Shown: in pieces, positions 61,180 to 64,000 of the stretch
Position numbering within the stretch: position 1 is the stretch's first letter
Layout of the letters: each line of letters begins with the position of its first letter
Assembly (NCBI GenBank): GCA_964035575.1
Contig: OZ037840.1
Coordinates: forward strand, 372,001-436,000
Origin: Rhynchopus sp. YZ270_cl-10
Taxonomy: Eukaryota
Reading direction: 5' to 3'
DNA: 64,000 nucleotides
Notes under the pieces: model-generated
Told to the model about the DNA's origin: nothing
Databases searched by the model: none
What the model saw: the letters and a program-made list of their open reading frames with translations, nothing else
Made by a program: the position numbers and the translations under genes

Positions 61180-64000
61180 CGGTTTTTCGCAAGAGAACGC
61201 GTTTCGATCAAAAGCGTCGGTTTTTCGCAAGAGAACGCGTTCCGATCAAAAGCGTCGGTTTTGCGCAAGAGAACGCGTTTCGATCAAAAGCGTCGGTTTT
61301 TCGCAAGAGAACGCGTTTCGATCAAAAGCGTCGGTTTTGCGCAAGAGAACGCGTTTCGATCAAAAGCGTCGGTTTTGCGCAAGAGAACGCGTTTCGATCA
61401 AAAGCGTCGGTTTTGCGCAAGAGAACGCGTTTCGATCAAAAGCGTCGGTTTTTCGCAAGAGAACGCGTTTCGATCAAAAGCGTCGGTTTTGCGCAAGGGA
61501 ACGCGTTTCGATCAAAAGCGTCGGTTTTTCGCAAGAGAACGCGTTTCGATCAAAAGCGTCGGTTTTGCGCAAGGGAACGCGTTTCGATCAAAAGCGTCGG
61601 TTTTTCGCAAGAGAACGCGTTTCGATCAGAAGCGTCGGTTTTGCGCAAGGGAACGCGTTTCGGTCAAAAGCGTCGGTTTTTCGCAAGAGAACGCGTTTCG
61701 ATCAAAAGCGTCGGTTTTGCGCAAGAGAACGCGTTCCGATCAAAACCGTCGGTTTTGCGCAAGAGAACGCGTTTCGATCAAAAGCGTCGGTTTTGCCCAA
61801 GAGAACGCGTTTCGATCAAAAGCGTCGGTTTTTCGCAAGAGAATGCGTTTCGATCAAAAGCGTCGGTTTTTCGCAAGAGAACGCGTTCCGATCAAAAGCG
61901 TCGGTTTTGCGCAAGAGAACGCGTTTCGATCAAAAGCGTCGGTTTTTCGCAAGAGAACGCGTTCCGATCAAAAGCGTCGGTTTTTCGCAAGAGAACGCGT
62001 TTCGATCAAAAGCGTCGGTTTTGCGCAAGAGAACGCGTTTCGATCAAAAGCGTCGGTTTTGCGCAAGAGAACGCGTTTCGATCAAAAGCGTCGGTTTTGC
62101 GCAAGAGAACGCGTTTCGATCAAAAGCGTCGGTTTTTCGCAAGAGAACGCGTTTCGATCAAAAGCGTCGGTTTTGCGCAAGGGAACGCGTTTCGATCAAA
62201 AGCGTCGGTTTTTCGCAAGAGAACGCGTTTCGATCAAAAGCGTCGGTTTTGCGCAAGGGAACGCGTTTCGATCAAAAGCGTCGGTTTTTCGCAAGAGAAC
62301 GCGTTTCGATCAGAAGCGTCGGTTTTGCGCAAGGGAACGCGTTTCGGTCAAAAGCGTCGGTTTTTCGCAAGAGAACGCGTTCCGATCAAAACCGTCGGTT
62401 TTGCGCAAGAGAACGCGTTTCGATCAAAAGCGTCGGTTTTGCGCAAGAGAAGGCGTTTCGATCAAAAGCGTCGGTTTTGCCCAAGAGAACGCGTTTCGAT
62501 CAAAAGCGTCGGTTTTGCGCAAGAGAACGCGTTTCGATTAAAAGCGTCGGTTTTGCGCAAGAGAACGCGTTCCGATCAAAAGCGTCGGTTTTTCGCAAGA
62601 GAACGCGTTCCGATCAAAAGCGTCGGTTTTTCGCAAGAGAACGCGTTCCGATCAAAAGCGTCGGTTTTTCGCAAGAGAACGCGTTTCGATCAAAAGCGTC
62701 GGTTTTTCGCAAGAGAACGCGTTTCGATCAAAAGCGTCGGTTTTTCGCAAGAGAACGCGTTTCGATCAAAAGCGTCGGTTTTGCGCAAGAGAACGCGTTT
62801 CGATCAAAAGCGTCGGTTTTTCGCAAGATAACGCGTTTCGATCAAAAGCGTCGGTTTTTCGCAAGATAACGCGTTCCGATCAAAAGCGTCGGTTTTTCGC
62901 AAGATAACGCGTTCCGATCAAAAGCGTCGGTTTTTCGCAAGATAACGCGTTCCGATCAAAAGCGTCGGTTTTTCGCAAGAGAACGCGTTTCGATCAAAAG
63001 CGTCGGTTTTGCGCAAGGGAACGCGTTTCGATCAAAAGCGTCGGTTTTGCGCAAGAGAACGCGTTTCGATCAAAAGCGTCGGTTTTGCGCAAGGGAACGC
63101 GTTTCGGTCAAAAGCGTCGGTTTTTCGCAAGAGAACGCGTTTCGATCAAAAGCGTCGGTTTTTCGCAAGAGAACGCGTTCCGATCAAAAGCGTCGGTTTT
63201 GCGCAAGAGAACGCGTTTCGATCAAAAGCGTCGGTTTTTCGCAAGAGAACGCGTTCCGATCAAAAGCGTCGGTTTTTCGCAAGAGAACGCGTTTCGATCA
63301 AAAGCGTCGGTTTTGCGCAAGAGAACGCGTTTCGATCAAAAGCGTCGGTTTTTCGCAAGAGAACGCGTTCCGATCAAAAGCGTCGGTTTTGCGCAAGAGA
63401 ACGCGTTTCGATCAAAAGCGTCGGTTTTGCGCAAGAGAACGCGTTTCGATCAAAAGCGTCGGTTTTGCGCAAGAGAACGCGTTTCGATCAAAAGCGTCGG
63501 TTTTTCGCAAGAGAACGCGTTTCGATCAAAAGCGTCGGTTTTTCGCAAGAGAACGCGTTTCGATCAAAAGCGTCGGTTTTGCGCAAGGGAACGCGTTTCG
63601 ATCAAAAGCGTCGGTTTTTCGCAAGAGAACGCGTTTCGATCAAAAGCGTCGGTTTTGCGCAAGAGAACGCGTTTCGATCAAAAGCGTCGGTTTTGCGCAA
63701 GAGAACGCGTTTCGATCAAAAGCGTCGGTTTTTCGCAAGAGAACGCGTTTCGATCAAAAGCGTCGGTTTTGCGCAAGGGAACGCGTTTCGATCAAAAGCG
63801 TCGGTTTTTCGCAAGAGAACGCGTTTCGATCAAAAGCGTCGGTTTTGCGCAAGGGAACGCGTTTCGGTCAAAAGCGTCGGTTTTTCGCAAGAGAACGCGT
63901 TTCGATCAAAAGCGTCGGTTTTGCGCAAGAGAACGCGTTTCGATCAAAAGCGTCGGTTTTTCGCAAGAGAACGCGTTCCGATCAAAAGCGTCGGTTTTGC

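Larger units (their letters stand above)
32860..64000. repeat. 38-bp satellite array, consensus GCAAGAGAACGCGTT(T/C)CGATCAAAAGCGTCGGTTTT(T/G)C; continues beyond the window
   Basis: Roughly 700 head-to-tail monomers in one orientation; two common biallelic positions plus recurrent rare variants; five interruptions. Confidence 0.99.

Noticed and set aside
32767..62869. Giant plus-strand ORFs (up to 2820 aa) of RKRTRFDQKRRF.. repeats
   Set aside because: The 38-bp monomer has no plus-strand stop and is not a multiple of 3, so all three frames give the same 38-aa repeat. Variants ignore codon position, stops and frameshifts are tolerated, and listed starts are mostly TTG.
33490..63860. Apparent avoidance of longer palindromes (GGGAACGCG is followed by TTTC, AAAACGCG by TTCC)
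   Set aside because: Most simply explained by each rare variant arising once on one monomer type and being amplified by descent.
32860..64000. CRISPR array (repeat length and palindromes are CRISPR-like)
   Set aside because: No unique spacers, monomers are directly adjacent, no cas genes, and the context is eukaryotic.

Overview
Eukaryotic (probably protist) genomic DNA in two parts. Bases 1-32.8 kb hold seven protein-coding genes, all on the minus strand, with GT-AG introns in two of them: an SLC38A9-like amino-acid transporter, a PXMP4-like protein, a Q/H/P-rich hypothetical, a 4-exon DHX57-like DEAH helicase, an ankyrin-repeat protein, a small basic hypothetical and a secreted GH27 alpha-galactosidase. 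Between them lie many non-autonomous TIR elements (MITEs) with readable target-site duplications (8, 7, 3 bp and TA), a decayed hAT (DUF659-type) transposase, and local duplications. Bases 32.86-64 kb are one CpG-rich 38-bp satellite (roughly 700 monomers, running off the window end) with higher-order duplications. It is interrupted by fold-back elements whose hairpins carry tandem GA/GA mismatches and GAA loops, by a 57-bp repeat island, and by a nested MITE whose empty site is visible in a paralogous copy. Co-oriented genes running away from a large satellite suggest, by inference only, a centromere-like or strand-switch region. The huge plus-strand ORFs in the satellite are treated as artefacts. 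Family assignments are by eye from remembered motifs; no searches were run.
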